A stretch of DNA of 64,000 nucleotides, taken from Octopus vulgaris. Taxonomy: Eukaryota. Under the pieces are notes generated by a model, which ran no database searches, had not been told where the DNA came from, and saw nothing but the letters and a program-made list of their open reading frames with translations. The stretch is taken from NCBI GenBank assembly GCA_951406725.2, contig OX597817.1, forward strand, positions 2,356,001 to 2,420,000. Direction: 5' to 3'. Positions 1 through 13,310 of the stretch are shown here, piece after piece. The translations under genes and the position numbers were made by a program. Position 1 is the stretch's first letter; every line of letters begins with the position of its first letter.

Positions 1-414
1 CGTTTACAAAGTTCTAGAAGCATGAATAAATTTTGAACAATACCATAACACCAAATTTAATCAATAAAAATTTCTCAACACCTCTCCCTCACAACTCCAT
101 TTAACTGAACTCCACAAACTCCAGAAAAATGACTATATGAAGCCAAGATTAACTTAATGCATTAGAATCCAGTGATAGATTATCTGGTCACTTTCAGTAC
201 TATTCTTGTAAAAGAATGATAAATTTTTGCTCTATAAAAAATGGTGTGAACCTTCAGGTCAATGTAATTTTAAAATATTTCATTACAACTGAGCATAAAC
301 GCACATACACAGACACACACTCACACATATATATATACACACATGCACACACACACACTCACACATGTTATATGTATATAGACACATGTGTGCGTGTGTA
401 TGTGCTTACGTATA

Positions 415-800
415 TGTTTCAATTTCTCATTTCACTGCGGTCATGCTGGAACTCTGCCTTGAGGGGTTTTAGTCGAACAAATCGACCCAGGATTCTTTTT
501 TATCAGCTTAGTACTTATTCTATCAGCCCTTCTTTCACTGAACCGTTAAGTTACAGCGACATAAACACACCAATACCGGTTGTCAAGCGATGCTGTGGGG
601 AGGATAAGCACTGACACAAACACACACACACGACGGGCTTCTTTCAGTTTTCGACCACCAAATCGATCCTCAATGCTTCGGTTGTTGGCCCGTGACAACA
701 GGAGAAGACACCAGGCCAAAATGCCACATGATGGGACTGAACTGGGAACTATGTGGCTGGGAAGCAGGCTTCGTACAAACAGCCACGCTTGCACCTACAT
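415..800 (-). mobile_element. tRNA-derived SINE, family A (central CA-microsatellite type), decayed
   Basis: Minus-strand tRNA-like head near 800 with a B-box-like GTTCAGTCC. The body, internal (CA)n and tail match the copies at 3510-3885 and 24985-25305. Confidence 0.75.
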
Positions 801-922
801 ATAACGTTAAATTTTATAGAAAAACAAAGACGGGTGTAGGACAACAAGCAAGTGTATTAGTTTGACGCTCGGGGAAAATGGAAAAGTCACATATGTTTAG
901 AGCCTACGCTATTCGACAGAAA

Positions 923-1070
923 GCTTCTTTCAGTTTCCGTCTACCAAAGGCTTTGGTCGGTCCGAGGCTATAGTAGAAGACACTTGCCGAAGGTGCCACG
1001 CAGTGGGACTGAACCCAGAACTATGTGGTTGGTAAGCAAGTTAACTTACTACACAGCCACTCCTGCGTCT
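923..1070 (-). mobile_element. SINE family A, 5' half
   Basis: Reverse complement reads GCAGGAGTGGCTGTGTAGTAAG...GGGTTCAGTCCCACTGCGTGGCACC...GGTAGACGGAAACTGAAAGAAGC, with A/B-box-like motifs. Confidence 0.8.
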
Positions 1071-2012
1071 ATGGACGAGACGGGAGTTGAGCCGGTGCCA
1101 GCTGGCACAGGCGATACCCAAGAACATGATATATATATGTATATACGAAGCCTTTATGTATCAGGGAATCGATCCACTTTACCAAACTACAATTATATAG
1201 GTACACACACACACATACACACACACTCACACGAGTGTGTGCACTTTGAACGTTGGTCTTCTATATAATTGTCATCAGCCGTAGTCCATTGCGAAATCAT
1301 TAACTCGGGATTATGATAGAAGGCATTGCCCAGGTGTAGTGGGATCGAATCCGGAAGAGTGTTATTGCTATTCACTCTTCTTTACACTGAGGTACCTGCG
1401 CCCTAACATATAACCTGTGCAAGGCTAGCTATTGTCCATACAAATCACCTCCTTTTCGCACCAACAGATTTTGAGAGAGAAAAATCCATCGGGCAGGGCG
1501 TTGCTGTCGTATGCGTTGCTGTCTGAACGCAATTGATAGTTGGTAGGATTATAAATCCTGTGCGATGAGATTAGAATTCAGAGTTCAAAAAGGGTAAAAT
1601 CGAAAAAATACAGTGAAAAGTAGCAACTCTTTAGCTGACTGTTTTTTTTTTCTTTTTTTTCTTTATTTATATGATTAATTTTAATTGAGCGTGCTTTGAG
1701 AAGGCCAAATATATCACTAGAAACTTTTTTTTAAATCACAATAGACAAGCTACAAACTTTTATTGTATTTTGATTGTCTTACAACAGATATATATTTCCC
1801 AAACTAATGAGAACCTGCTGTAATAGTAGATTACGTTAAAAAACTACTGCCTTGCTACGGATGGGGAGTACGTATTGAGGAAGCAGAAGAGGATGCTTTA
1901 AGGAGAAATAGAAGCGTTTGTATATATGCACATATACATACGTGCACGCATAAGTACACACACACGCGCATGCACACGTACACATACATGCACATACATA
2001 TTCTTGTGTGTA

Positions 2013-2352
2013 AAGGGTAAAGACCCCCTTCGGTCATGAATGACCATGGGATTGCACCTAGAAAGTTACCCTCCGGGCAAGGTTGTTTATGGAAGACCAG
2101 CAGTCGCCCATGCATACCAGCCTCCTCTCTCCACGCCACCAGTGTTATCCAAGGGAAAGGCAGAGGCCGATACAGCTTGGCACCTGTGATGTCGCAACTC
2201 ATTTCTACAGCTGAGTGAACTGGAGCAACAGGAAAAAAAGTGTCTTGCTCAAGAACACAACACGCAGCCCGGTCCGGGATTCGAGCTCACAACCTCACGA
2301 TCGTAAGCTCGACGCTCTAACCACTGAGCCATGCGCCTTCACATGCGCCTTC
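2013..2352 (-). mobile_element. tRNA-derived SINE, family B, full length with TSD
   Basis: Head GTGAAGGCGCATGGCTCAGTGGTTAGAGCG...TCGAATCC (A and B boxes). Direct repeat CTTGTGTGTA at 2003-2012 and 2353-2362. Close copy at 6150-6492. Confidence 0.85.
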
Positions 2353-3509
2353 CTTGTGTGTACAAGGAAGTATATTCGCTAAAATATCCTCCCTCATCTC
2401 TCATTCTCATCTTTTCCACTCTCCCTATAAAACAATCATCAGCAATATTAACGATTGGCTTTGCTGTTATCTTGGTATGGCATGGAACAGATATTAGGGG
2501 AACGCGGAATTAATAACTGTACATAGTTATTAAGTACATGCACATACACATGTATACATGCAAACATACATACATATATACATACATACATACATACATA
2601 CATACATACATACATACATAGGTACATACATACTTACATGCATGCACGCATACATACATGCATACATACATACATACATACATACATACATGCATGCATA
2701 TTGACTTACTTAGATGCATGATTGCCTACGTACATGCATACATAAACGGGGGAACAGGAATGTTCCTGAACGGGTGTGGAGAAAATAAGAGATATAAAGC
2801 CGGAAAAATCGAGTGCGCCAGGAGAGAGAGGTAGGACTGGATGAATGTGGGAGTCATGTGGGGGTGGGGGTGGGAATTGCTAATGGTTGTCACATGTGGG
2901 TGTTTGATTGGAAATACGACAAAAAGAGAAAGGGGAAGAAATGGATGAATAATTAGATAAAAGGGTGGGGGTGGGGGCAGAGAGAAAGTAAGGAAAAGGC
3001 TTGATATAGGTGAGAGGGAGTGATTGATCGGCAGGAGCGGGAGGTTGATGGGGAGTAGCAGTTGTACTTCTACGAGAGTTAACTTGCAGCAGGCGCCTCT
3101 TCTAACCCCCCCCCCGCCGCCGCCTTTTAGCAGTAGGTCACTGGGGCAGTGGGGCAGTGGGGCAATTATAAAAGGGCAAGGAAGCTAAAATATTTTTCTT
3201 CCTCTCTCTCTCTCTTCCTCTCTCTCTCCCTCTGTCTCTCTCTCTTTCTGGCAAGTGGGTGCTGAGGGAGATCTGTGAATTCTTGTGCGTGACAAACTCA
3301 ATTGATATGTGTTGAGTGTGCATATGCTATTGTATTGTTGCTGTTGATGTTCTTGTTCTAATGTTTATTTGGTTTTTTTGATTTATGTTGCTCTTGAAAT
3401 CGTCATCGTCGGAAGCGGTGGTGGGAAGAGGAGGAGGCTGAACTCTAAATCATCGCTGATCCAGCAGTTTCTATCACCTTCTCAAACATCCTACTTATGA
3501 ATGTTATTA

Positions 3510-3885
3510 CTCTTTTACTCTTTTACTTGTTTCAGTCATTTGACTGCAGCCATGCTGGAGCACCGCCGTTAGTCGAGCAAATCGACCTCCAAGGACTTAT
3601 TCTTTGTAAGCCTAGTACTTATTCTATCGTTCTCTCTTATCAAACCGCTAAGTTACGAGGACGTAAACACACCAGCATCGGTTGTCAAAGCGATGCTGGG
3701 GGACAAACGCAGACACACAAACACACACACATATACATATACATATATGCGACGGGCTTCTTTCAGTTTCCGTCTACCAAATCCACTCACAAGTCTTTGG
3801 TCGGCTCGAGGCTATAGTAGAAGACACCTGCCCAAGTTTCCACTCAGTGGGACTGAACCCGGAACCATGTGGTTGGAAAGCAAGT
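3510..3885 (-). mobile_element. SINE family A, 5'-truncated
   Basis: Well-preserved body (GGTTCCGGGTTCAGTCCCACTG, GGATTTGGTAGACGGAAACTGAAAGAAGCCCGTCG, CA/TA tract) and an (AGTAAA)-type tail. Confidence 0.85.
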
Positions 3886-4479
3886 AAGGCGGAAAGCAAA
3901 ATGCAATTAGATCTCCCATTGCTACTTGTATCTCTTGTCCACACAGTTTGAATGCACTTCTGTGTCAGATCGGACTTACGAGCCATCTACGCACTCATAA
4001 GGCCCGATCAACTCAGGATGTCTAAATGGTTCTCTTCAGATCGGCAGACGAATATTATTGTATTATAAATGTAGAGGTAGCAGTTAAGGCGACCATTGCT
4101 ATATGAATGTACGGCAATACTACTTTCCGTTGTTTTGCTACTTTAGATACTGACGTTTTCGCACAAAATGTCTTTGCGCATACGTCAGTTTTCCAGTCTG
4201 TTCTCATATCTTTTCTACTACTGAATGCCACAGTGGCGCCTTCTTGGCCGATAATTTACATTTAATCATTGTATCATTATATTTTCATCATTGTATAGGA
4301 TTGATGTAAATGATATTACATATTTGCAAAATTATTTTTCACGTCGTTAAAATTTTCTTTGGAGTTTATTTTTTCAACTTTCTGTTCTTTGAAATATTTT
4401 TTGTGAAATATCTGTCAAAACCAAAAAAAAAAAAAAATGGAAATGAATTAATGAACGAATATATTGGTTTAGGTCGCAC

Positions 4480-5060
4480 CTGTGTAACAAAATACGATGG
4501 AACTGGATGCTGTCAAAACATGACTTACAATTTGGCAATAAGCAAAAGAAATTTATAGCTCTCACGATTGAGTGAACAACTCGATAGCTGGCACGGAGAT
4601 ATTGTTGGTGCCTTGATTGATGCTTTCAAGTAGAAAAAGAATTAGGTATGATAAAGAAAGGAAATCTGTCTCACTAGATGGGTTTGATGCATTTGGAAAA
4701 TTGCATCTCTAAAGCATTAAATGAAGTTTCTTTCATGATAGAAAAAGAGAAGAAACCCCGCATAATCGGAGAAAGCTTTACGAAGTCCTGGAGATAGTTG
4801 AAATTGCGTAAGGGATGATACTGTAACCGACCAAAACTGATGTTCATATCCAATGATTCTGTACGAGAGAGGATTAAATCAGGAAGTAGCAACCTAGGAT
4901 GTTTGCAAGATTAGTAAGTCATACAAAACTTAGCATGTTGCCCAGCTATTCAAAAATAAGTTGTGAGGAGTGTATAACATTATGTTTTAATGTAGTTCTG
5001 GTGTACCGATGCACTTAGAACAAGTCATTGCCGCCTTTTTGCACATTTGTGGAACACCAT
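4480..5060 (+). mobile_element. Highly decayed hAT (Buster/Charlie-like) transposase remnant
   Basis: Fragments KKKPRIIGE (cf. Buster KKPHTIGE) and ISNDSVRERI (cf. LSNDTVxRRI), broken by stops and frameshifts. Confidence 0.35.
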
Positions 5061-5959
5061 GATAACATTTTCGAATACCTCAAATATTAAAAAATCCTTT
5101 TTGCGAACAATTTTGCGGTTAGACAGAAATTCAGTCAATATTTACATACTTCTCAACAATTTCAACATTTAGATATAGAGAAAAATCATAAAAGGGTGTC
5201 ATTATTATATGAGTAAGGGCAAAGTTTGTAAAAATTATAAAGAAATTATCAATTTGGAACTGCCTTGCTGAAACTGGAAGCCTAAAAACTTTCCAATTCT
5301 TGATAATAAAGATGGTAAAAGATTGATTTTTGGAAATACATCGAGAATATTGTGAACATTTAAAAATCCAAGGCGCAAATTTTAAGGGTTAATTATCAAA
5401 TATTCAAGATATTATTCTAGCCTCAGTTTCCTGACATTTTTCATATGTAATTTATCTAAGACTATAGTTTTAAGATGGTAAGGTGGAATTTTAGGTAGAC
5501 TTGTCTACTATTTCTAGCACGTTAAATGTGCTCTACGATTGTAGTGGAAGCATAAAGGTGTTCGAGGTTTTGCTTATGGCTATAGTTTCGTGAATTTGTG
5601 TGGGGTACGGGAAACGGGATTATGAGTATACACCCATCCATCCATCCATCCATCCATCCATCCATCCAACCATTCCTCGTCCACCCATTCATATACGCAT
5701 ACACAAACAAACATATGTACACACAAGAGAGTAGCTATATGAAAAATAAGTTACAAGAAGATCTGTTGAAATCAATCAGCAATCTCTAGAGAGATGATAG
5801 GACGACCAATAATAGTTAAATATATCGAGTAAACTCTAGAGTGTGAGAAATCTATTTAGTCTGAATATATTATTATTCTGCATTACAGCAGAAACATAAT
5901 GTAGCAATGTGGCTATACTTGAATATATAATAAATAAATTTTTAGGATAGGAAATTAAC

Positions 5960-6135
5960 TGGACTCCAATGGTTACGACGACCGCGAATGATCCAGTTCA
6001 TCTGATCAACGAAACAACCTGTGCATGAAATTAATGTGCAAGTGATTGAGTACTCCACAGACATGTGGATCCTTAAAGTAGTTCTCAGGAAGAGTCAGCG
6101 TGACACAAAATGTGACAAGGCTGGCCCTTTCAAAT
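5960..6135 (-). mobile_element. SINE family C, 3' body fragment
   Basis: Matches the tail half of the SINE at 42194-42565 (GAAATTAAxGTGCAAGTG...TCAGCGTGACACA...GTGACAAGG). Confidence 0.7.
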
Positions 6136-6149
6136 AGATCTGTGTCTGA

Positions 6150-6492
6150 ATCTGAGACCCCTCTTCGGTCACGACTGACCATGGGGTTGCACCTAGAAAG
6201 TTACCCTCCTAGACACAAGTCCGGGCAAGGTTGTTTATGGAAGGCTAGCAGTTGCCCATGCATACTGCCCTCCCCCCTCCACACCACCAGTGTTATCCAA
6301 GGGAAAGGCAAAGGGGCCGATACAGCTTGGTACCTGTGACGTCGCAAATCATTTCTACAGCTGAGTGAACTGGCGCAACGTGAAGTAAAGTGTCTTGCTC
6401 AAGAACACAACATATTGCCCGGTCCGGGATTCGAAATCACAACCTCACAATCTTAAGCTCGACGCTCTAACCACTGAGCCATGCGCCTTCAC
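6150..6492 (-). mobile_element. SINE family B, near full length
   Basis: Colinear with and highly similar to 2013-2352. The tRNA-like head ends at about 6492. Confidence 0.85.
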
Positions 6493-6497
6493 GGTAG

Positions 6498-6609
6498 AAA
6501 AATATGGAACGCTTCACGAATTTGCGTGTCATCCTTGCGCAGGGGCCATGCTAATCTTCTCTGTATCGTTCCAATTATAGTATATGTATTGCCGAAGTTA
6601 TACAAGTAC
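6498..6609 (-). ncRNA. U6: U6 spliceosomal snRNA copy (probably a retrocopy or pseudogene)
   Basis: Reverse complement reads CTTCGGCAATACATATACTATAATTGGAACGATACAGAGAAGATTAGCATGGCCCCTGCGCAAGGATGACACGCAAATTCGTGAAGCGTTCCATATTTTT. This is metazoan U6 with the ACAGAGA box, AGC triad, ISL and oligo-U end intact. The 5' stem-loop is disrupted and no TATA box is visible near -30. Confidence 0.95.
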
Positions 6610-6611
6610 TG

Positions 6612-6745
6612 CTTATTTTGGCAGTTGAGTGGACTGGAGCAATGTGCAAAAAAGTGTCATGCGCAAAATTACAACGCACAGCCGCATATCGAACTCACGA
6701 TTGTAAGATCGTGAGCCGAACACCGTAACCACTAAGCCTTCACGG
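6612..6745 (-). mobile_element. SINE family B-like tRNA head abutting the U6 5' end
   Basis: Reverse complement GTGAAGGCTTAGTGGTTACGGTGTTCGGCTCACGATCTTACAATCGTGAGTTCGATATGC...GCTCCAGTCCACTCAACTG. Confidence 0.7.
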
Positions 6746-8298
6746 GTAGGAAACTAAAGTGTTAAGAAAAATACTCGATTTGAGGCTACTAGCATAAAAA
6801 AAACCTTCTATTGGGACTATCATATCGATCTTTAACAACAAGTCCTCGGTGTGAGTATTGATATACTAAACTGCTTGCTGCTCGATTGGATGCCAGGCGA
6901 AGTTCGTGTTTACCAGCAAAAATTCCCTACCGATAGTGATATTGATCTTTGTTTAAAACTAAAAACGAGTTAGAAGTTTAATATCGATTGAAAGAACGTT
7001 TGAATGTCGTGTATAACCTTTGACAATATTTGGTACCCACCAAGTGTGGAAGTGCATTTATTGATCGAATCTGTAAACATGAAGCAAATGGCATTCTAGA
7101 AGTTGGTAAAAGAACTCCTCGGGAAGTATTCCGATGACCAATACACCCAATAATTTTGCACAGCTATAATGTGACAAGAACACAAAGCGAAAAGTTCTCT
7201 GATAAGCAGAGGATCATGCATGCATATGTTGTCATGGCTATGTTGGCTGTAACATAGTTAACCAGAGCAGTCTGTTGTGAGACTAGCAACAATTATATAT
7301 TCTCAGACTTTGAAGGGTTAACTTTTGCAAACTATGAAGCTGCAAAATCAGCAAAATAACTTGTGTATGAAAGAGATTGGGTTACAGGTAAAATACCTAA
7401 AGGTGACAAACGGTTGTAGTCTGAAACTAAACTTGTAGAAATAAAATCGAAAATGTTAAATAACATAGGCAGTTGTACAAGTCTGTACAAAGTTATTATC
7501 ATACTATCTACGTATAAGGTATGATTTACTGACCAAAACTCTATATAATGTATTTTATAGAATTGATAATCGTGATAATAATATATAAAGGAGAGTGTTG
7601 TAGTTGGCTCAGAAGAATAATGAAAAAAATGAGAAATGAGGAAAGCTTCTAGCAATGTAGAAAGCTTTAAAAGCCTTTATATTTCGGGCGCAAAGGCTAA
7701 AATATAAAGGCAAAGAAATGTGCGTCTATGAAGATCCTGCTATTTTGGATAGTCGGATGAGCTGTGACCCCATTTTAATCTTGTGCTAGTAGTAGCAGCT
7801 TTCCAAATGATGGCGTTGGTGGTACCGTGTCGCTAAGGTCACACAGGGGATGGCGGTGGAAGACTGGTTGTATATTGGCAACAGTGATGGTGAAGACGGT
7901 TGTCAGTGTGGTGAATCCCTTGGACGAAGTCGGTGCTCGCAGCAAAAGTAAATACCGTTGTTGTAGTAAACGATGATGTCTACATCGGCGCAGTTGGCAA
8001 TGGTGGTAAGCATCGTGCTAGTCGAGATGGCGCTGGTGGTATATGCCCTTGTAGTACTACTACAAAGACATTTGAAAACCCCAGTAAAAATGTAACCAGA
8101 ATAGATTAGACATACGCTTGGCTGGATAAAAGTGAACACTAGTAGAAACCAGTTGTGCAATAGATGTTAGCTCATACTACAGACAAACAAAGCATCTTAA
8201 CTGATCTAAGGATAAAGTAGCAGACATTCCATTAGGACAATAACACAAGATTTATATCTGTCTTTATTGGTGGGGGTGATGATGCCTATATTACAATT

Positions 8299-8607
8299 GG
8301 AGGCGCAATGGCCCAGTGGTTAGGGCAGCGAACTCGCGGTTGAAGGATTGTGGTTTCGATTCCCAGACCGGGCGTTGTGAGTGTTTATTGAGCGAAAACA
8401 CTTAAAGCTCCACGCGGCTCCGGCAGGAGGTGGTGGCGATCCCTGCTGTACTCTTTCGCCACAACTTTCTCTCGCTCTTTCTTCTGTTGGCCTGCTCGCT
8501 TAGCCAGCGGGGTGGCGTCATTTGAAGGCTAAAGCAATGCGAAGCGCATTGTGACCAGCGATATAAAGCAAAATCTGATAGCCTGGTCGGTCACGGTGAT
8601 CACGGTG
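8299..8607 (+). mobile_element. tRNA-derived SINE (head type C, resembling octopus OR-type SINEs) with TSD
   Basis: Head GGAGGCGCAATGGCCCAGTGGTTAGGGCAGCG...GGTTTCGATTCCC. Tail (CACGGTGAT)2. 11-bp TSD ATATTACAATT at 8288-8298 and 8608-8618. Confidence 0.85.
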
Positions 8608-9154
8608 ATATTACAATTTACTCAGCATCATCTTTGAAAAACGTTTTCACAAATTCAGAACGGACACTGTTAATTAAAAAAACTTTGATCATAAGTTATT
8701 AATGAATCAATGAAAATGTGCAAAGCATTCTAGAGGTATAGCCAATCGTAAGTAGATATACACACGTTTAGACATACAATGATGAGTATATGTTCACATG
8801 AATAGGTCACATTATACATATCTATACATGTTAGAATATGCATACGAATACTCATGGGACATGAGCACCTATGTGTTGCTTAAATTCCAGTGCAAAAATC
8901 TTGCAAATGGTTGGAAACCATCTGCTTCTCTATTGAAATGTATAAATGTATTAATGTATACTTGTACTATCAGGTGAACTACTCATGTGAATTAATGATA
9001 TAATGTTTCTAAATATCTTTGCATGTGTGTGTATGTGTGTCAGTAAGAACACATACACACACGCACACACACACACATGTACATACACTCATGCATACTG
9101 ACATACAAGCATACATAGACGCATGCATAGATACATACATACGTTCATGCATTC

Positions 9155-9515
9155 TATTTAAGCATACTTAAGGAAAAAAAGTTCTCAAAACCAGAATGGG
9201 AAACGATAGTTAGAAGACTACAAGTATAAGTCATCAATGGAACTGTCAATATATGCAAAACATTCCAAAAGTTTAGCATATAAAGAAGTACATACGTATG
9301 AGTTACACACAGAGAATAAAGCAGACAGATCTGTACATGTACTGACACCAAATACTTGCACCAAATAACATAGCACACATTTATCTTTGCTAACGTCGAA
9401 ATTTCGGTCCACATCTACTCTGTTGGTGTTCAAATTTCAGTGGAGCCTAGGATCTCAGTTAGAAACCAACCTTTTCTCTATTGGTAAGAAAGCTACAAAT
9501 AAACCTAAATAGAAA
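9155..9515 (+). mobile_element. 3' end of an RLE-type non-LTR retrotransposon in CATA-rich repeat
   Basis: Encodes IVRRLQV*VINGTVNICKTFQKFSI*. The 3' UTR (GGATCTCAGTTAGAAACC...AATAAA) is homologous to 24598-24905. Confidence 0.55.
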
Positions 9516-10383
9516 AATATACATATATACTAACATAAAAGTAGAGATGGAAATAAAGTCATATGTATGCTTACCCTTTTCTTACTACGAATATATGTAA
9601 TTTGTTATCGATGTTTAGGTCAAACGAAGCGTTCGAGTAACTAAGGTTACTTAATCTAATGGAAGCTCTTTCATTTTTAAGGCAATAGAGTGTGAATTGG
9701 GGGAGAACTGGCTGCTATTTCCAGTAGTCCAGAGATGAAACAAGTGGTGACTCCCTCCTTATACATGTAGGATATTAAAATCAATGGATGTTGAACATAC
9801 CAATATTTTGCTCTTGCCAGCGTCATGTTAATAACGAAACAGAAGAGACCCTTGGGAACATTTCCTGCTTCTTTTCACTTTCAGTGAAATGTATAAACTC
9901 CGTAAATGGCTCGAATCACACACGTGTGTATGTATGCATTTATAGACGTATTTATGTTCGTATATGTACATCTATATATGTGTGTGTATGTGTGTACGTG
10001 ACTGTGTGTTTATATATATATATATATTTACGTATGAAATATATGTACATCCTATCTCATAATACAATGTTACAACTATTCTATTATAAATGCTTCAAAG
10101 AAAGTGATCGATATTCTGAACAAATTATAAACATGTCGTAGACAATCGACCTCTTTAAATATGTGAAGTTATACATTTAAATATACAGTCTATATTCGTA
10201 GACATTAAAAAAGAATATCTAACGAAATTTCCACATATTCAGCTCAATATTTCACTTCATTCTAAACTAATCAACATTTTTGAGATGTCTAATTTTGTTA
10301 GCAATGGGCTGATGAATATTCTATTTGTACAGACACACACTCACACACAGAGACGCAAACACACACACAGACACACGAATATG

Positions 10384-10491
<108 letters not shown>

Positions 10492-11342
10492 CTAGGTCTG
10501 AACAATAAGTATCCGGACTGTTGCTGTATTAACGAAGATAAAGCACGCAGAGCGAAGCCGCTTTGGCACAGATTGATCTTGAACTCTGCTGGGCGTGTGC
10601 ACTAAGTTTTATCGTTCTAGCTCACATCTGGTTGGAAGGAAGGTGTGTAGCGTGTGATCGTCGCATTGACGGGACAGATAAAGTTGTCAAGACGATACCT
10701 GCTCAGAGGCCTATGTAAAGTTGCAGAAAGTGAATGGAGAGGAGTGTATCGGCCGCATACAAGTGTATGAGTTGTTCAGATGTTTCAAGGATGGCCGAAA
10801 AAATGTCGATATTAACGAACGTTCTGGGAGACCCGCAACCAGCAGAACTAAGGAAAACATCGCGGATGTGCGTGCAGCTGTGAGGGGAAATCAATGAATC
10901 ACCATCCGTGAGTTATCAGAGGATGTGCAGATTAGTTACGGTTCAGTTCAGACCATTATCACTGAAGATTTGGATATGAGACGCATGCCTGCCAAGTTTG
11001 TTCCAAAATTGCTTTCAGCTGACCAGAAAGACTCCTTGATTGCGTCGAGAACGATGAAAACTTTTTGAAAACTTTGCATAGGCCTCTGAGCAGGCATCGC
11101 CAAGCTTTTGGCAAAATTTGACGCAGATTCTTTGCTCAACTTTGTCATGTTTAACGCAACGAACACACGCTACACACGTTACTTCCAAGTACTGTTCTGA
11201 ACAGCAGATTAGAGCTAGAATGTTAAGACCTTTTCCGCATGCACTGCACTACTCAAAGTCAGTCTGTGCTAAGCAGTTTTATTCTGCGTGTTTTAGCTTT
11301 GTTACTATTGCAAGAAAACGGACACTTATTGATCAGACAACG
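10492..11342 (+). mobile_element. Internally deleted mariner with ~230-270 bp inverted arms
   Basis: TA-flanked TIRs (CTAGGTCTGAACAATAAGTATCCG / CGGACACTTATTGATCAGACAACG). Contains decayed transposase HTH sequence and a KFVPKLL motif (WVPxxL-like). The right arm is an inverted copy of the left end. Confidence 0.8.
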
Positions 11343-11378
11343 TATAAACTTTAACTTGCACTGAGCCTAATTAAACTG

Positions 11379-11469
<91 letters not shown>

Positions 11470-12824
11470 TATAACATACAAATATACTAACATATTAATA
11501 TATATAATACTGGCATGTTATATCTGTCTTTATTCTTTTTCTTTTTTATTATTTTATTTTTCTTTCTATTTTGACTTTTCGATTTTGATTTTCGATTTTA
11601 CTTTACTTTCGCTCTCATTCATTCCTTCCTGGACTTATTCCATTCCTGTCTTTTTTTTTTTTCTCTTTCTCCCTGTTTTCTCTTTCTCCTCTCTCTTCTA
11701 TCAACTCACTCACAACCCATTTCTGTCTATCTTGGTGTCTGTCTTTCTCACTCTATATACCCACGCAGACCATTTAAATACTAGCTAACCACCTCAACCT
11801 GCACGCATCATCCAAAATACTGCTAAAATACTGACTACATTTACCTGGGATTATACCTTAGGGCCTATATCTTCACGGAAATATGGACCAACCTCCATAT
11901 GCTCTGCAAAAGGATTGACTGTGAACTTTATTCTTCCGTATGTATGTATGTATGTATGTATGTATGTATGTATGTATGTATGTATGTATGCATGTATGTA
12001 TGTATGTATGTATAAAGCTTTTATCTTTTATTTGATTCAGCCATTAGATTACGGCCATGCAGGATATCACATTGAACAATCGTCCTCAGTACTTATTTTT
12101 TTAAAGTCTGGTACTTATTTTATTATTCGCTATAAGTGAACCGCTAAGTTACGAAATATAAACTATATATTATATATTACTGTTATTACTGCAAGGAATG
12201 GGAAGTATAATGTTACTACCTGTTGGTAGTTAACGCAATGAACAGAACCATTTTTTAAAGCAAGCTGTGGGAAGGTAATTCTCAGATGTTATTGTTGTGC
12301 AAGGTAATCCAAAGATCTAGTTGTTAGTGAAAGAATATTTCTTAGGATGATAATTCTATTATTATCTGGAACTTCCGACTCAGTCCTGAAACTTTTAATG
12401 CCATCACTCATTGAAATACTTTTTCAACTCACAGACACTTCAAATAGTCCCAGTTGGCAGTCGAACGAACGACACCCCCGTCTTTCTCTACTCTCTTTTT
12501 TAAAAGAAGTAACCAGAAGCTTTAGACTTCCCACGTCACGTGGCTGTAGGCCTTATTGACATTCGACGAGCTCTACTAAGTCCTGAACATAGAATGATTA
12601 AGATGGAAGATTGTTTTCTTTGTAACTTCTTTACCTGAACTTGTCTTAAAATAGAAAATAGCATCAATGAAAAGGATTAAAAATAAATAGAATTCACAAA
12701 GTAGAATAGAATATATTCTTAGCTGCTCGTGTATATTTCTGGCGACAGATCTCTTTGAAATCATGTATTGTAATGTTTGCTTGTTATTTTGTTAATTAAA
12801 AAAAGCAATCATGACATTATTAGT

Positions 12825-13127
12825 TACTTGTTTACTATTCAGTAAATTGGGATGCGGCCATGCTGGGACAATGTCTTGAAGAATTTTAGAACAAATCGAT
12901 TCCTGTATTTATGCTTTTCTCTAATGTCTGGTACTTATTCTATTGGTCTCTCTTGTCGCACCAATAACTGCTAGCAATATAAAGAAACTAATAGCGGTTC
13001 TCAAACGATAGGTGACATACACAGACACATAGATACTCACAATAGATACATACACATACACGCAATCGCAGGCACACGGAGACACACACAAACAGACAGA
13101 CAGACACACACACATACATACATACAT

Positions 13128-13158
<31 letters not shown>

Positions 13159-13310
13159 CACGATGGGATTCCACACTGTTTCCATCTAACAAATTTAGTC
13201 ACAAAGAATTAAAGTAGAAGATATTTTTGCATGGCAGCGCACAGTGGAACTGGACTCAATGCTACTTGGTAGCAAAGCGAGCTCTTTAAGCACACAACCA
13301 CGCCTGTGCA
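12825..13310 (-). mobile_element. SINE family A, decayed full length
   Basis: Tail, GGTACTTATTCTA domain, CA/TA tract and tRNA-like head in family A order. A partial copy also lies at 12015-12160. Confidence 0.65.

Noticed and set aside
2270-2343. tRNA genes at SINE heads (also near 8299, 42500, 44200)
   Set aside because: Acceptor stems are mispaired and the heads continue into repeat bodies rather than a Pol III terminator.
6780-7720. Possible decayed hAT transposase
   Set aside because: Only vague peptide similarity, with no TIR pair or diagnostic motif that can be read reliably.
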